NCBI GenBank assembly: GCA_963712115.1
Contig: CAVQGX010000022.1
Location: 32,001 to 96,000 of the forward strand
Length of the DNA stretch: 64,000 nucleotides
Direction of reading: 5' to 3'
Source of the DNA: an uncultured delta proteobacterium
Lineage (GTDB): Bacteria > Desulfobacterota > Syntrophobacteria > BM002
Shown one piece after another: positions 40,983 through 51,080 of the stretch. Under the pieces are notes generated by a model. It searched no databases, was not told the DNA's origin, and saw only the letters and a program-made list of their open reading frames with translations. A program made the translations under genes and the position numbers. The first letter of the stretch is position 1. Each line of letters opens with the position of its first letter.

Positions 40983-41627
40983 ATGATCCGAATACCATTG
41001 GTTCTAGCAACGAGAAACGAGGGGAAAACTGAGGAGATAAGAGCACTGCTTGCCGAGTTCCCGGTGGACATCAAAAATCTTACTGAGTTTGGGCCCACGC
41101 CGGCAATCGAAGAAGATGGTGAGACCTTTGAAGACAACGCGGTCAAAAAAGCTCGCTTCATCGCGAAGATATTAGGCTTCCCTGCACTGGCCGACGATTC
41201 AGGCCTAATGGTGGAGGCCTTAGGAAACGGACCGGGAGTACGATCTGCTCGCTATGCGGGAGAAGAAGCCACGGATGAGGATAATAACGCCAAGCTGCTT
41301 AGAGAGCTTGAAAATACTGAAAATCGTAATGCTGCCTTCGCTTGTGTTATTGCGATTGCTGTACCTTGGGGGCCAGCTCTGATTTACGACGGGCGCTGCG
41401 AGGGTGTAATCGCCAACGAGCAGGTAGGCACCAAAGGCTTTGGCTATGACCCGGTATTTTACTATCCGCCGCTGCAAAAAACCTTCGCCCAACTCAGCAC
41501 TGAGGAAAAAAATCAGGTAAGTCATCGGGGACAGGCTTTGCACCAGTTACGAGATGAATTTGACAAGGTGCTCATCTGGTTGCGGCAGAGGTTGGTAGAT
41601 TCGGGTTGGCAGTGGTTAGAGGAGTAA
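40983..41627 (+). CDS. rdgB: XTP/dITP diphosphatase (RdgB/HAM1)
   Basis: LATRNEGK, EEDGETFEDNA, ADDSGL, GFGYDPVF, KNQVSHRG. Confidence 0.95.
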   Translation: MIRIPLVLATRNEGKTEEIRALLAEFPVDIKNLTEFGPTPAIEEDGETFEDNAVKKARFIAKILGFPALADDSGLMVEALGNGPGVRSARYAGEEATDEDNNAKLLRELENTENRNAAFACVIAIAVPWGPALIYDGRCEGVIANEQVGTKGFGYDPVFYYPPLQKTFAQLSTEEKNQVSHRGQALHQLRDEFDKVLIWLRQRLVDSGWQWLEE

Positions 41628-41629
41628 AA

Positions 41630-41661
41630 AAAGCCGACTCTCTTGCATGAGAGTCGGCTTT
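41630..41661. terminator. Bidirectional intrinsic terminator
   Basis: AAAGCCGACTCTC-TTGCAT-GAGAGTCGGCTTT between convergent genes. Confidence 0.85.
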
Positions 41662-41677
41662 CAAGGCTAGGAAAGAT

Positions 41678-41989
41678 CTAGCAACTACAAGAGCCGCAGT
41701 TGTCTGGTTTTGACAAGGTGGAAGTGATGGCAAAGCCAGAACAGTTTGAATCTTCTACGAAATCTACCTTGATGGGGCGAGCCTGATTAAAAAGGGCTGA
41801 ATCGACAAGGTAGGTAACACCCTCAAGTTCGATTACCTGATCCTGTTCGTTTGGCTCATCCAGAGCCATTCCCAGAGAGGGTCCCCCTCAGCCAATTTGG
41901 GAAACAAAGATCCTAATGGCTGATTCGAGTTCGCGCTCTTCTAGGTACTCCTTCAATTTCTCTGTTGCCTTCTCAGTGACTTCAAGCAT
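41678..41989 (-). CDS. HesB/IscA-like selenoprotein (Sec34)
   Basis: ATG 41989 gives MLEVTEKATEKLKEYL...IRIFVSQIG-TGA(41888-41890)-GGPSLGMALDEP..., in frame with ORF 41678..41869; downstream hairpin TGGCTC-TGGAT-GAGCCA. Confidence 0.92.
41852..41868 (-). promoter_or_regulatory. Candidate bacterial SECIS element
   Basis: 6-bp stem with UGGAU loop starting 25 nt after the UGA. Confidence 0.7.
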
Positions 41990-42651
41990 GCTTGTATCCT
42001 CTCTTCATTTATTATCTTAAACTCTCACACCATGGCAAAATCTAAACGAGCCTATATAGTAAGGACAGTGCTAAACAGTGTCAAGACAATATTGGTCTAC
42101 GATTAGTAACATGGGTCTCAAGCAAAGATTGCGCCAGCGTGAGCCGGCTCAGACTAAAGCCGCGCAAGTTGGTCAAAAAATCTAGAGCGACACAAGCAAA
42201 CCACCACTAATCCGAAATAAGGTGAGGGGCCACCTAAAAGAATCCAAGCACTTAGAGTTGCAATCGCCGGAATGCCGCTGTTGGAGACCGCTCCACTGCC
42301 ATTGGGGATTTTACTGAGTCCAGAGTTATTGCAAAGTAAGGCGGGAAGAGTGGCAAAATGGTTGGATATAGTAGAGCTCCAAAGGGAATCCCTTAATGTG
42401 AGATCAAGGGAACTTTGGTAGCCCAACAATGAATGGCAGATCGTTTAGGGGCAGAAAGATGTAATTGTTTTTTAGGGAATCCACATCTCCAGGTACAAAA
42501 GTTGCATTTTCTTAAGCAGAGTTTGCGCTTTAATAGATTTTTGATCCGACAAAAAGGAGCCAAACAATTACTCCTACATTTTGAGACAACAAAGGTGGCG
42601 TTTAACTCAACAGCTTAGCTCACGAAATAATAAATCAGGCAGTCTATCCAC

Positions 42652-43650
42652 ATGAAAAAATTGCAAATTACTATTCTTTGTGCAGTTTTATTTTTCCTAG
42701 TCGTTCTGGCCACGGTTGCTTTGATTTTGGGCCAAATTGCAGCTTTCACCTTATTGGCTGTTGCCGGAATTGCATTGGCGAGTTTTCCTCTAATTTTAGA
42801 GCCTGAGAAGACCAGTCTCTCTCACGAGATGAGATCGCACGCGCCTGGAAAGTTTGTCCATTTACCAGAAGGGTTTGTGCATTATGAGATAGGTGGTCCA
42901 GAAAACACTCAGGTTGTCGTTCTAATTCACGGTTTTTCAATCCCATACTATGTATGGGATCCAATTTTCGAGGCTTTGAAGATTAGCGGTTTTCGTGTTT
43001 TGCGCTACGATTTGTTTGGCAGGGGACATTCAGACCGGCCCAAAGCTAAATATGAACGTAAGTTTTTCGTACAGCAGCTGGACGACCTTTTAAATGGTCT
43101 AGAAATTGCGGAGCCGGTCAATCTCGTTGGCTTATCCACTGGGGCTGCCGTTGCTTCAGACTTCACCACTGTTTGGCCAACAAGGGTGGATAAACTAGTG
43201 TGCATTGCTCCACATCACGCTGCAACGAATATCTCCCTGCTCGATGTTCCAATTTTGGGTGAATATCTAGCTGCAGTTTTCTTTGGCCCGTCCCTTCCGC
43301 AGAGACAGATTGAATATTTTTATAGGCCGGAAAGATTTCCAGAAATGCCAGTACGTTTTCGCGAGCAAATGAAATATAAAGGTTTCCGCCGTGCTCTACT
43401 CTCTACCCTGCGTAATTTTGTCAACCAAGATCAGCTGGAGATCTTCAAGCAGGTGAGCAAACTGAATAAGCCGGTTCTTCTTATCTGGGGAAAGGAAGAT
43501 AAAATAGTACCGTTCTCGGGTAATGAAAGGCTACTAAGTGTTCTAGAGGCTGAATTTCTTGAGGTAGACAAGGCTGGTCATCTCGCCTATTATGAACGGC
43601 CAGAGGTCGTTAGTCCCAGGTTAGTTGATTTTTTGCGTCATGACAGCTAA
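42652..43650 (+). CDS. Membrane-anchored alpha/beta hydrolase
   Basis: LIHGFS, YDLFGRGHSD, GLSTG nucleophile elbow, WGKED, GHL. Confidence 0.9.
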   Translation: MKKLQITILCAVLFFLVVLATVALILGQIAAFTLLAVAGIALASFPLILEPEKTSLSHEMRSHAPGKFVHLPEGFVHYEIGGPENTQVVVLIHGFSIPYYVWDPIFEALKISGFRVLRYDLFGRGHSDRPKAKYERKFFVQQLDDLLNGLEIAEPVNLVGLSTGAAVASDFTTVWPTRVDKLVCIAPHHAATNISLLDVPILGEYLAAVFFGPSLPQRQIEYFYRPERFPEMPVRFREQMKYKGFRRALLSTLRNFVNQDQLEIFKQVSKLNKPVLLIWGKEDKIVPFSGNERLLSVLEAEFLEVDKAGHLAYYERPEVVSPRLVDFLRHDS

Positions 43651-43958
43651 TGCGGTGAGTTTCTAAACAATAATAAACAGACCAGGGGCGGAGCTTTCCT
43701 TTCCATGGTTAGCCATTAAATTAGAGCAGTCAACTTTTTGAACCCTCCACACAGCCATTTAGCGAAGTACTATGTCGCAGAGCTAATTGTCCCCGTTTTA
43801 GATTGAGTACGTAGCCCGTTCTTTCGACACAAAGTAACCAATAGGCTGGGATCTACAATTATCCTCTTTTTTGTATTTGACTAAAAATTGAAATCTCATC
43901 TTCAAGAGTTACGTCTAAATAGCTCGGAGAAAAGGTTGCCACAAGTGAGAGTGTAGCC

Positions 43959-45785
43959 ATGGCAGCGATAGCCAGTATGGTGGATCGTGTAATCGAAACC
44001 GATGTATTGGTAGTGGGAGGCGGTGGAGGGGGGTCAAGTGCGGCAGTTGCTGCACGACGTGCCGATACCGAAGTGACCTTGGTTACTAAAGGACAGTTGG
44101 GCAAAAGCGGCAACACTATTATGGCAAGTGCTGCGCTAGGCATGGATGGTGAAAGTGCCTACCGCCTAGGTGAAAAGAAGGCTGACCGTACATTTACTAA
44201 AGACGTTTTGTTTGAGAGGATAGTCAGGAGTGGTTTCTACCTAAGCGAGCAGGATTTGGTACAGCAGTATGTGGAGGAAGCCGAACCTTGTGTTTGGGAT
44301 TTTATTCAACTCGGTAGGCGAGCTAAGCAGCGTTTTATGTTTTTGCCTCCTGGATCCTGGTTCACTTCAGGCAAGGCCATAGGTTTGACCTGCCGCCAGG
44401 CTGTGCACGAGACACCAGGAATTCAAGTCATAGAAGACGTGGTGATCTGTGATTTGTTGACATGTGGCGAAAGGGTAGTTGGTTCATTAGGCGTAGATGT
44501 CTATACGGGCGAGCTTATCGCTTTTAATGCCAGAGCCGTAGTGCTTTGCACTGGAGGCTATCAACCATTCTCTTTCAAATGCACACACAGCGGCACAACT
44601 GGGGACGGGATGGCTGTGGCTTATCGGGCAGGGGCTAAACTTGCAGATATGGAGTTTCTCTTATTTCTGCCAGGAGTGCTTCTATCACCGCAATTCCACC
44701 GTGGGTCTATATTCCCCTTTATCTGGTATGTGGCAGGATTGGCTCGGCCGGACGTGCTAAATAGCAATGGTGAAAAAATTACTGATCATCTGTCGCCCGA
44801 GCTCCTCGAAATGGCTGAAGGCAGCGAGTGGGTTAAATTAATCTATACCTATTATTGGGGCAAGGAGATAGTTGCTGGCAGAGGCACACAGAACGGCGGT
44901 GTCTACTTTAGCTTTTCAAACCTTCCGAAGTGGAGGTACATCAGAGGTGCATTGAAGGCACTCGTGATGCTCAAACAATGGTATCGCAAAAATTGGTGGT
45001 ACCAGGGCGAAGACATGGCTGACTTAAACAGAATGGCTTTAAGGGGGGTTCCGTGGGAAGTCGGTCTGTCGAGCGAATATACTATGGGGGGTATCATTGT
45101 TGATACCGAAATGTGGACCGGCGTGCCGGGACTATTCGCTGGTGGTGAGGTCACAAGCGGTGTGTTCGGTGCTGGTCGTGCGGCCAGGGCACTCACAGAG
45201 ATGCTAGTTCAGGGTCACCGGGCCGGTGTATCAGCGGCCTCATACGCTCGACAAGTTGACACCAGTGCAATTGAAGCCGATCAACTAGCGGAGATAAAAG
45301 AACGTATATTGCGTCCGTTTATACAAAATGGTGGCCCCAGCCCATCGAAGGTAAATAGGGTAATTGAAGAGGTCGCCGATGCTGGTCTTGGCTTTGTGCG
45401 CGAAGAATCTAGCTTGCGTTCATCTCTAAAAAATTTTGAAACCATCCGCCACGAGGATATACCAGCAATGAGTCTTTCGAGCCATTCAAGGGCTTACAAT
45501 TTGGAATGGATTCAAGCCATACAGGCAGAAAATCTGGCTACCTGCGTTGAGATCGGCCTCCGAGCGGCTTTAATGCGTAAAGAAAGTCGGGGTTACCACA
45601 TCCGCACTGACCACCCCGAGGTCGACCATGACACTTGGCTGGAACGTATTGTTGCGAAAAACGCTGGGGGAAGGATGAGTCTCACCACACGCAAACCCCT
45701 CTCTACTACTCTCCCGTTTCCCGGTGGTAAAAGAGAAAACATTATGACTTACGCGATTGAGTGCGAAAGGGAAATGAAAAAATAA
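43959..45785 (+). CDS. SdhA/FrdA-family FAD flavoprotein (atypical active site)
   Basis: DVLVVGGGGGG, LCTGG, TGDG..AYRAGA..DMEF, YTMGG, GLFAGGE, RKESRGYHIRTDHP. Confidence 0.88.
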   Translation: MAAIASMVDRVIETDVLVVGGGGGGSSAAVAARRADTEVTLVTKGQLGKSGNTIMASAALGMDGESAYRLGEKKADRTFTKDVLFERIVRSGFYLSEQDLVQQYVEEAEPCVWDFIQLGRRAKQRFMFLPPGSWFTSGKAIGLTCRQAVHETPGIQVIEDVVICDLLTCGERVVGSLGVDVYTGELIAFNARAVVLCTGGYQPFSFKCTHSGTTGDGMAVAYRAGAKLADMEFLLFLPGVLLSPQFHRGSIFPFIWYVAGLARPDVLNSNGEKITDHLSPELLEMAEGSEWVKLIYTYYWGKEIVAGRGTQNGGVYFSFSNLPKWRYIRGALKALVMLKQWYRKNWWYQGEDMADLNRMALRGVPWEVGLSSEYTMGGIIVDTEMWTGVPGLFAGGEVTSGVFGAGRAARALTEMLVQGHRAGVSAASYARQVDTSAIEADQLAEIKERILRPFIQNGGPSPSKVNRVIEEVADAGLGFVREESSLRSSLKNFETIRHEDIPAMSLSSHSRAYNLEWIQAIQAENLATCVEIGLRAALMRKESRGYHIRTDHPEVDHDTWLERIVAKNAGGRMSLTTRKPLSTTLPFPGGKRENIMTYAIECEREMKK

Positions 45786-45832
45786 CGACTCCAGGAGTCT
45801 TTCAAGTGCACAAAAAAACCTAGGTATCACCG

Positions 45833-46150
45833 ATGTCTCTCAAAGTTAGAGTGCATAGATTCGATCCGTCTGTGGAAGAAACTGCTCATTTTGAGACTTT
45901 CCATATCCCCATACCTTTCGGGGAGAAATGGAGTGTTCTTGATGCTCTTGACTACATATACTTTCATTTGGACAGCTCGCTAAGTTATTATCGGCATAGC
46001 GCTTGCAACCGCGGTGTCTGCGCAAGGTGTGTTGCACAAATTAATGGTAAAGCTGGCCTACTCTGTGAGTATATAGTCCCTGTGGACGGGGAAATCGTAC
46101 TGGAACCACCACCCGGCAAGAAGGTTGTCAAGGACCTGGTAGGGAAATAA
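45833..46150 (+). CDS. Stand-alone SdhB/FrdB N-terminal 2Fe-2S domain
   Basis: RFDP, SVLDAL, SACNRGVCARC..ING..LLC, VVKDLV; ends before any 4Fe-4S domain. Confidence 0.85.
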   Translation: MSLKVRVHRFDPSVEETAHFETFHIPIPFGEKWSVLDALDYIYFHLDSSLSYYRHSACNRGVCARCVAQINGKAGLLCEYIVPVDGEIVLEPPPGKKVVKDLVGK

Positions 46151-46427
46151 AGAAAAATAGAGGTTTTCCTTCTGGGAATTTATGTAGAGGTAGCCGACCG
46201 AATTAGATACCACCGTGGTCTAAAGCTGGTACGTGCAGAAAATGTAACTTGAATATCAGACACTTATACCACTCTACTGCCAGGCAATAAAGGCAACAAA
46301 ATCCTCGCCTTCCAAGATTTCTTCAACTTGACAGAAAAATGAAAAACCCTTCAATGAGAACTTTTTCCATGATGATTTAGCGCTTCGCCCGTAGAAACAC
46401 CAAGCGAACCATGTTAAAAAACCAACT

Positions 46428-47579
46428 ATGAGCCTTTTTCTTCTAACTTTCCTTTCCATTTATGGCGCTATCCACCTCTACCTGTTTGTCAAGGCAAGGT
46501 CTGCCTTGGCTTCAGGCCTTGGGGTGAGTGTGGCCATGGCCTTATTCTTGGCGGCCATGGTGGTCGCACCAATAGCGGTGCGTTTGCTAGATCGACATGG
46601 GATGCATCTGGCCGGTCGATATCTTGCTTACGTTGCTTATACCTGGATGGGGCTGCTGTTCTTTTTCTTTTGGCTAAGTCTTTGCCTGGATGTGTACAAT
46701 TTGTCTATGAGGGTCTTGGCTCTGCTGCCGGGATCGTCTACTGGCAGCTTGGTATGGAAAGGCAGGGATAGCTTCACATTTATAACCCTGGGGGTCCTTT
46801 TTCTGGGAGGTTTGTCTGGTTACAGTGCCTGGCAAATAAGGCTAGAGCGGGTGGTGTTGCAAACCATGAAATTACCCCCTCAAGTGGAGAAAATAACCAT
46901 AGCGCAGATCTCTGATGTGCACCTCGGGCCCATGGTAGGTGAAAGGAGGCTGGCCCGCATTGTTAGGCTGTTGGAGAGAGTCAAGCCCGACTTAGTGGTT
47001 GCCACTGGGGATCTGGTGGACGCGCAGATGGACCGGTTGAATAACCTGGCGACCATGTTGGCCACCCTGAATCCTCCTCTGGGCAAGTTTGCCATCGCCG
47101 GGAATCATGAGTTCTATGCGGGTATTGGTCAGAGTGGACGCTTCCTGAGCGCAGCGGGTTTTAATTTCCTGCGCAATGAAGGTTTTAAGCTTAACGGTTT
47201 AATTAACATCGTGGGAGTGGACGATCCCGCTGGGAAAAGCAGGTATCCGCAGAATGGTCAGGTGGGAAAAGAGGAAAAAATTTTGCTTGCAGATTCAGAC
47301 TCAGAGAGATTCACCCTGCTGCTCAAACACCGCCCTACGGTAGAGATGGAATCTATAGGCCAATTCGATCTCCAGTTGAGCGGCCATACTCACGGTGGGC
47401 AGATCTTTCCTTTCAATCTGATCACCCGACTCTATTATTCCAGGCAAAGAGGGCTCCACCGTTTGGATAAGGGAAGTGTGCTATATGTGAGCCGCGGAAC
47501 CGGTACCTGGGGTCCCCCCATGAGATTTCTCTCACCTCCAGAGGTGACGGTAATTGAACTTAAGAGACTGGGAAATTGA
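46428..47579 (+). CDS. Membrane-bound metallophosphoesterase (YkuE-like)
   Basis: N-terminal TMs; SDVHLG, TGDLVD, GNHE, SGHTHGGQ, SRGTG. Confidence 0.92.
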   Translation: MSLFLLTFLSIYGAIHLYLFVKARSALASGLGVSVAMALFLAAMVVAPIAVRLLDRHGMHLAGRYLAYVAYTWMGLLFFFFWLSLCLDVYNLSMRVLALLPGSSTGSLVWKGRDSFTFITLGVLFLGGLSGYSAWQIRLERVVLQTMKLPPQVEKITIAQISDVHLGPMVGERRLARIVRLLERVKPDLVVATGDLVDAQMDRLNNLATMLATLNPPLGKFAIAGNHEFYAGIGQSGRFLSAAGFNFLRNEGFKLNGLINIVGVDDPAGKSRYPQNGQVGKEEKILLADSDSERFTLLLKHRPTVEMESIGQFDLQLSGHTHGGQIFPFNLITRLYYSRQRGLHRLDKGSVLYVSRGTGTWGPPMRFLSPPEVTVIELKRLGN

Positions 47580-47594
47580 TTGGGAGGGGTGTGA

Positions 47595-48632
47595 TTAACG
47601 GATGATTTCTGCGATATCTTTTCTATTTACCTTAAAGCTGTACCTTCCACCAAAACGGAAACTCTCAAGAGTAAGAGAGCTGTCGTCTTCAGCAATGACC
47701 ACACCTTTGTGAACGGCGCCGTTTTTCATTTTGAGGTAGACTGTGCTGCCCACCAAATATTCTGTCTTCTTTTCGATACTCTTCTCGAGTTGCTGTTCCA
47801 ATTTCTCGATAGAAACCACCGAGGTCGATGGTGTGGTGGAATCACCATAGCTGTTCACAATGGCGCTATAAAATGGTTGCAGTTTGGTGAGTTCTTGTTT
47901 TGAAGCGATGAGGCTGACGATGAAATACCTGTCGGCCTGGGACTCAAAAATGTTAAAAACCATGTTTTTGTCAGCAAAAGCTCCACTTATCTGGGAGACA
48001 TCCTGTTGGTTTATTTTCTTGGTTTCTTTTTTGATATTAGTGTAGCCTCCTCTTTTCATGGTCTCTTTCACAGAATCGGCATAATTATCCCCGAGTTTTC
48101 TAGTGCGGCCGTAGCATTTCAAACTTGCTTCACTGCCAGGGGCTTGCAAACGAATCCCATAAAGAATGCTGTTTTCAGCATCTACAGCGCTCCTGCTCCA
48201 GTCAGGGGGATAAGAGATATGGGAGCCGTCCGGAAATTCGACGCTCTTCCATTGGTTCATGTCAGGCTTATCTGCAGCAGTCTCAACCTTTTCCGCAACC
48301 TCTTTTGTTTCCGCTTCCTTTTGTAATGGTTTCTCCTCCTCAGGAGTATCTTGCTCTTCTGAGGGAGAAACTGTTTCTTGCTCCACAGGAGCCTGTTTCT
48401 TCGCTGCCGGAGGTTTCCTCACCTGTGCCACTTTGGGCCCGGCAGCAACCTTTTCCTTGCCGGTACCGGTGAGATCTTTATACATCACCGCTGCAAAATA
48501 GATACCGTAGCCCAGAACCATCACCCCTATGACCAGATAAAGCCCGAGTATGGGGTTTTTTCGGACATCGTGGGTGACAAACTTTTTTAGCCTCTGTGGG
48601 ATCTCATTGAGCTTGCCTGTCCGAGCTCCCAT
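47595..48632 (-). CDS. Membrane-anchored hypothetical protein
   Basis: Single TM, acidic linker, ISYPPDW (PsbP-like) domain, short C-terminal beta domain. Confidence 0.75.
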   Translation of the reverse strand: MGARTGKLNEIPQRLKKFVTHDVRKNPILGLYLVIGVMVLGYGIYFAAVMYKDLTGTGKEKVAAGPKVAQVRKPPAAKKQAPVEQETVSPSEEQDTPEEEKPLQKEAETKEVAEKVETAADKPDMNQWKSVEFPDGSHISYPPDWSRSAVDAENSILYGIRLQAPGSEASLKCYGRTRKLGDNYADSVKETMKRGGYTNIKKETKKINQQDVSQISGAFADKNMVFNIFESQADRYFIVSLIASKQELTKLQPFYSAIVNSYGDSTTPSTSVVSIEKLEQQLEKSIEKKTEYLVGSTVYLKMKNGAVHKGVVIAEDDSSLTLESFRFGGRYSFKVNRKDIAEIIR

Positions 48633-48751
48633 GGTCGCAACCTTCCTATTTGACCTTTAATAACGTTACTTTGAATGATGGAGGTCAGTGTAAATTATTA
48701 GTTTCTTCAGTTGGGCTCAGCTCATGCCAATCTAACCATTGATGGAAACAA

Positions 48752-48766
48752 GCAAAGAACATGCCA
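48752..48766 (-). promoter_or_regulatory. Sigma-54 promoter
   Basis: Minus strand reads TGGCATGTTCTTTGC upstream of 47595..48632. Confidence 0.7.
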
Positions 48767-48791
48767 GCCATAAGGCAAAATCCTGTGGTTG

Positions 48792-51068
48792 TTAAAGCTC
48801 TGATAAAGAGGATACCTCCCTACTCCTACCAGTATTAGAAATCCAATGTCGTAGCACTCTAACGCAGTTCTCCACCTCTGGGTCTTGCCGAAGTTCCTCC
48901 AAGGAATAACTCATCTTTGTTGACCAGTTGGGATACTCTGATACTGTTCCAGGCACATTCTGTTGCCTGGCATCCCTGAAAAGATCCTCCTGACTCAATA
49001 GGACCAGTTTGGCTGAAGTTGATAAGATAAAGCCAATGATCGCACTATGGAGGTCCCCGGTCAGTGCTGTGTAGATCTCCGGGTTATTTGCCAAATGCTC
49101 CGCTAGAAAACCTGAGATTACCAGTCTCTCAACAATCTTGTCCTTTTCGTGTTTTCTATTTTGCCAGGCAGCTTGAAATTGGCTTTCACTGGGGAATAGC
49201 CCCAAGCTCTTGCGCAAGTAAAGATCTTCTCCTGTCCAAAATCCTGCCAGAGTGGGAAGGTCATGAGTACCTATGGAAGCCAGGGCCAATTCCGGATACG
49301 ATCCCCCATCCTTAAATCCCCATTCGTCTCTTTCAAAGTAGAAAAGTCGATAAGAGAGAATGCGGAAATGAGCGAGGGCCTCTCTTACTTGGGGGGGAAC
49401 CGTGCCAAGGTCTTCTCCAATAATCAGGGTTTTGGAGCGCTCACTTTCCAAGGCTAGAATCTTCAGAAGATCGTGGTAATTGTACTCCACATAAGTCCCA
49501 TTCTTGGCAGGCCGTCCAGCAATAATCCAAAAGAGCCGAAAAAACCGCATGACGTGATCAATTCTCAGAGCCCCGCCTGCCTGACAATTTCTGTTGATCT
49601 CCTTGCTAAACAGGCTGTAGCCGTCATTGCGGTATTTTTCCCCATGGGGCGGGTGGAAGCCCCAGTTTTGGCCCTCAAGAGCAAAATCATCGGGTGGCGC
49701 TCCCACTGTAACCCCTTCGACAAAGAAATCCTGGTAGGCCCAATAGTCAGCACCCCCGGGGTCAATACCCAATGCCAAATCGTGATAAAGGCCAATGGAG
49801 GCTCCCAATGACTTGGCAAGGTCCTGTGCCTCTTGTAGCTGTTCCTCTAGTTGCCACTGCAGGTACTTGTAGAAAAGTATACTTTCCTGGTGTTTTTGGC
49901 GAAATTCTCCTACTTCCACAGAGTGGGGCTCCCGGTAAGGTTGTGGCCACCGCCGCCAGGTCCACGCCCCATGATATGTCTGGTGAAAAAAAGCTTCCAA
50001 GGCGCAAAAAGTGGCAAAATTATCCAGCAGAAATCCTTCCCTGTTAACATAGGCCTCAAGCTGCCTGCCCCGTTCGCTCAACCCTTCCTCTTTCCAATGG
50101 TCTCTTAGAAAACTTTGGAACACCATCTTAAGGACTTTAAGCTTAAAAGTGGCCACCTGCTCGTATTGCACCAACTGGGAATGGCGAAGATCAGCCAAGA
50201 GATTTTGGCTTGTCTCTTCCCGGACAAATTCCTTTGCTTCTATAGAGGAGCGATAGTCTTCCATCTTTTCAATGTCTAGGTAGATGAAGTTGCGATAATA
50301 TCTGCTTGAGGGAAAATATGGGCTGATGTTGTAGGGTTGTCGGTTGGAGATGGCGTGCAATGGATTTAGACCAACCACATCCAGGTGGAGATTCCCAACC
50401 GCCCAGCGAATGAATTCCTTAAGGTCACCCAAGTCTCCAATACCCCAGTTAGCCTGTGATCTGAGGCCGTATAGGGAAATAGCTATGCCGGCTTTCTTGC
50501 CCTTTCCCTGCAAAGCTGGGGGCAGATAACTTTTCTCCGGGCAGAGAATGACCAGGATTTTTTGCTCGAGTTTTTCTTTGTCGCGTTCTACACAGAGGTT
50601 GAATTGGTAGTAGCCAATGGAAAGACCCCCTGGAAAGGGAAGGGACCAACGCTCGTAGTAAGAACCATTAAGCTCCCTGGCCTCTACGAAAGTTAACTGT
50701 TCAAAGTTGAAGGAGTGGTTGACAGGGGGAATGTTTTCGCCGGAAATTTCCAGCCGAACTTGGAGAACCCTTTCCGATTTTTCTTCTGGAGATCGGGAGG
50801 CAGGTATTTGAAAAAGCAACTCGGCGGGCAATGGTTCAGTGGTTGCGACCAAAACCGGCTGAGCCAGTTGAGTCCAAGAAAGATTTTCGCAGTGCTTCAA
50901 AGCCTCTTGCGGGCTGGTGACATCCACACCGGCTGCGACAAGCAAGGTTTCGAGGTTCTCAGGTGAAATCTCATGGGACTGACCCCAGATGTCAAAGTAA
51001 GAGGTAAGGACGCCATAAGCTGCTGACAATTGCGCTAAGCTTTCTCTTCTCTGTTCTTCTGTTTCCAT
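48792..51068 (-). CDS. malQ: 4-alpha-glucanotransferase (GH77)
   Basis: WGIGDLGDL, SPYFPSSR, GAPPDDF..GQNWG, LRIDH, IGEDLG, THD, NVPGT. Confidence 0.95.
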   Translation of the reverse strand: METEEQRRESLAQLSAAYGVLTSYFDIWGQSHEISPENLETLLVAAGVDVTSPQEALKHCENLSWTQLAQPVLVATTEPLPAELLFQIPASRSPEEKSERVLQVRLEISGENIPPVNHSFNFEQLTFVEARELNGSYYERWSLPFPGGLSIGYYQFNLCVERDKEKLEQKILVILCPEKSYLPPALQGKGKKAGIAISLYGLRSQANWGIGDLGDLKEFIRWAVGNLHLDVVGLNPLHAISNRQPYNISPYFPSSRYYRNFIYLDIEKMEDYRSSIEAKEFVREETSQNLLADLRHSQLVQYEQVATFKLKVLKMVFQSFLRDHWKEEGLSERGRQLEAYVNREGFLLDNFATFCALEAFFHQTYHGAWTWRRWPQPYREPHSVEVGEFRQKHQESILFYKYLQWQLEEQLQEAQDLAKSLGASIGLYHDLALGIDPGGADYWAYQDFFVEGVTVGAPPDDFALEGQNWGFHPPHGEKYRNDGYSLFSKEINRNCQAGGALRIDHVMRFFRLFWIIAGRPAKNGTYVEYNYHDLLKILALESERSKTLIIGEDLGTVPPQVREALAHFRILSYRLFYFERDEWGFKDGGSYPELALASIGTHDLPTLAGFWTGEDLYLRKSLGLFPSESQFQAAWQNRKHEKDKIVERLVISGFLAEHLANNPEIYTALTGDLHSAIIGFILSTSAKLVLLSQEDLFRDARQQNVPGTVSEYPNWSTKMSYSLEELRQDPEVENCVRVLRHWISNTGRSREVSSLSEL

Positions 51069-51080
51069 GGAATTGCCTAG

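Noticed and set aside
42154-42618. Short ORFs between hesB and the hydrolase
   Set aside because: No RBS, motif or family resemblance on either strand.
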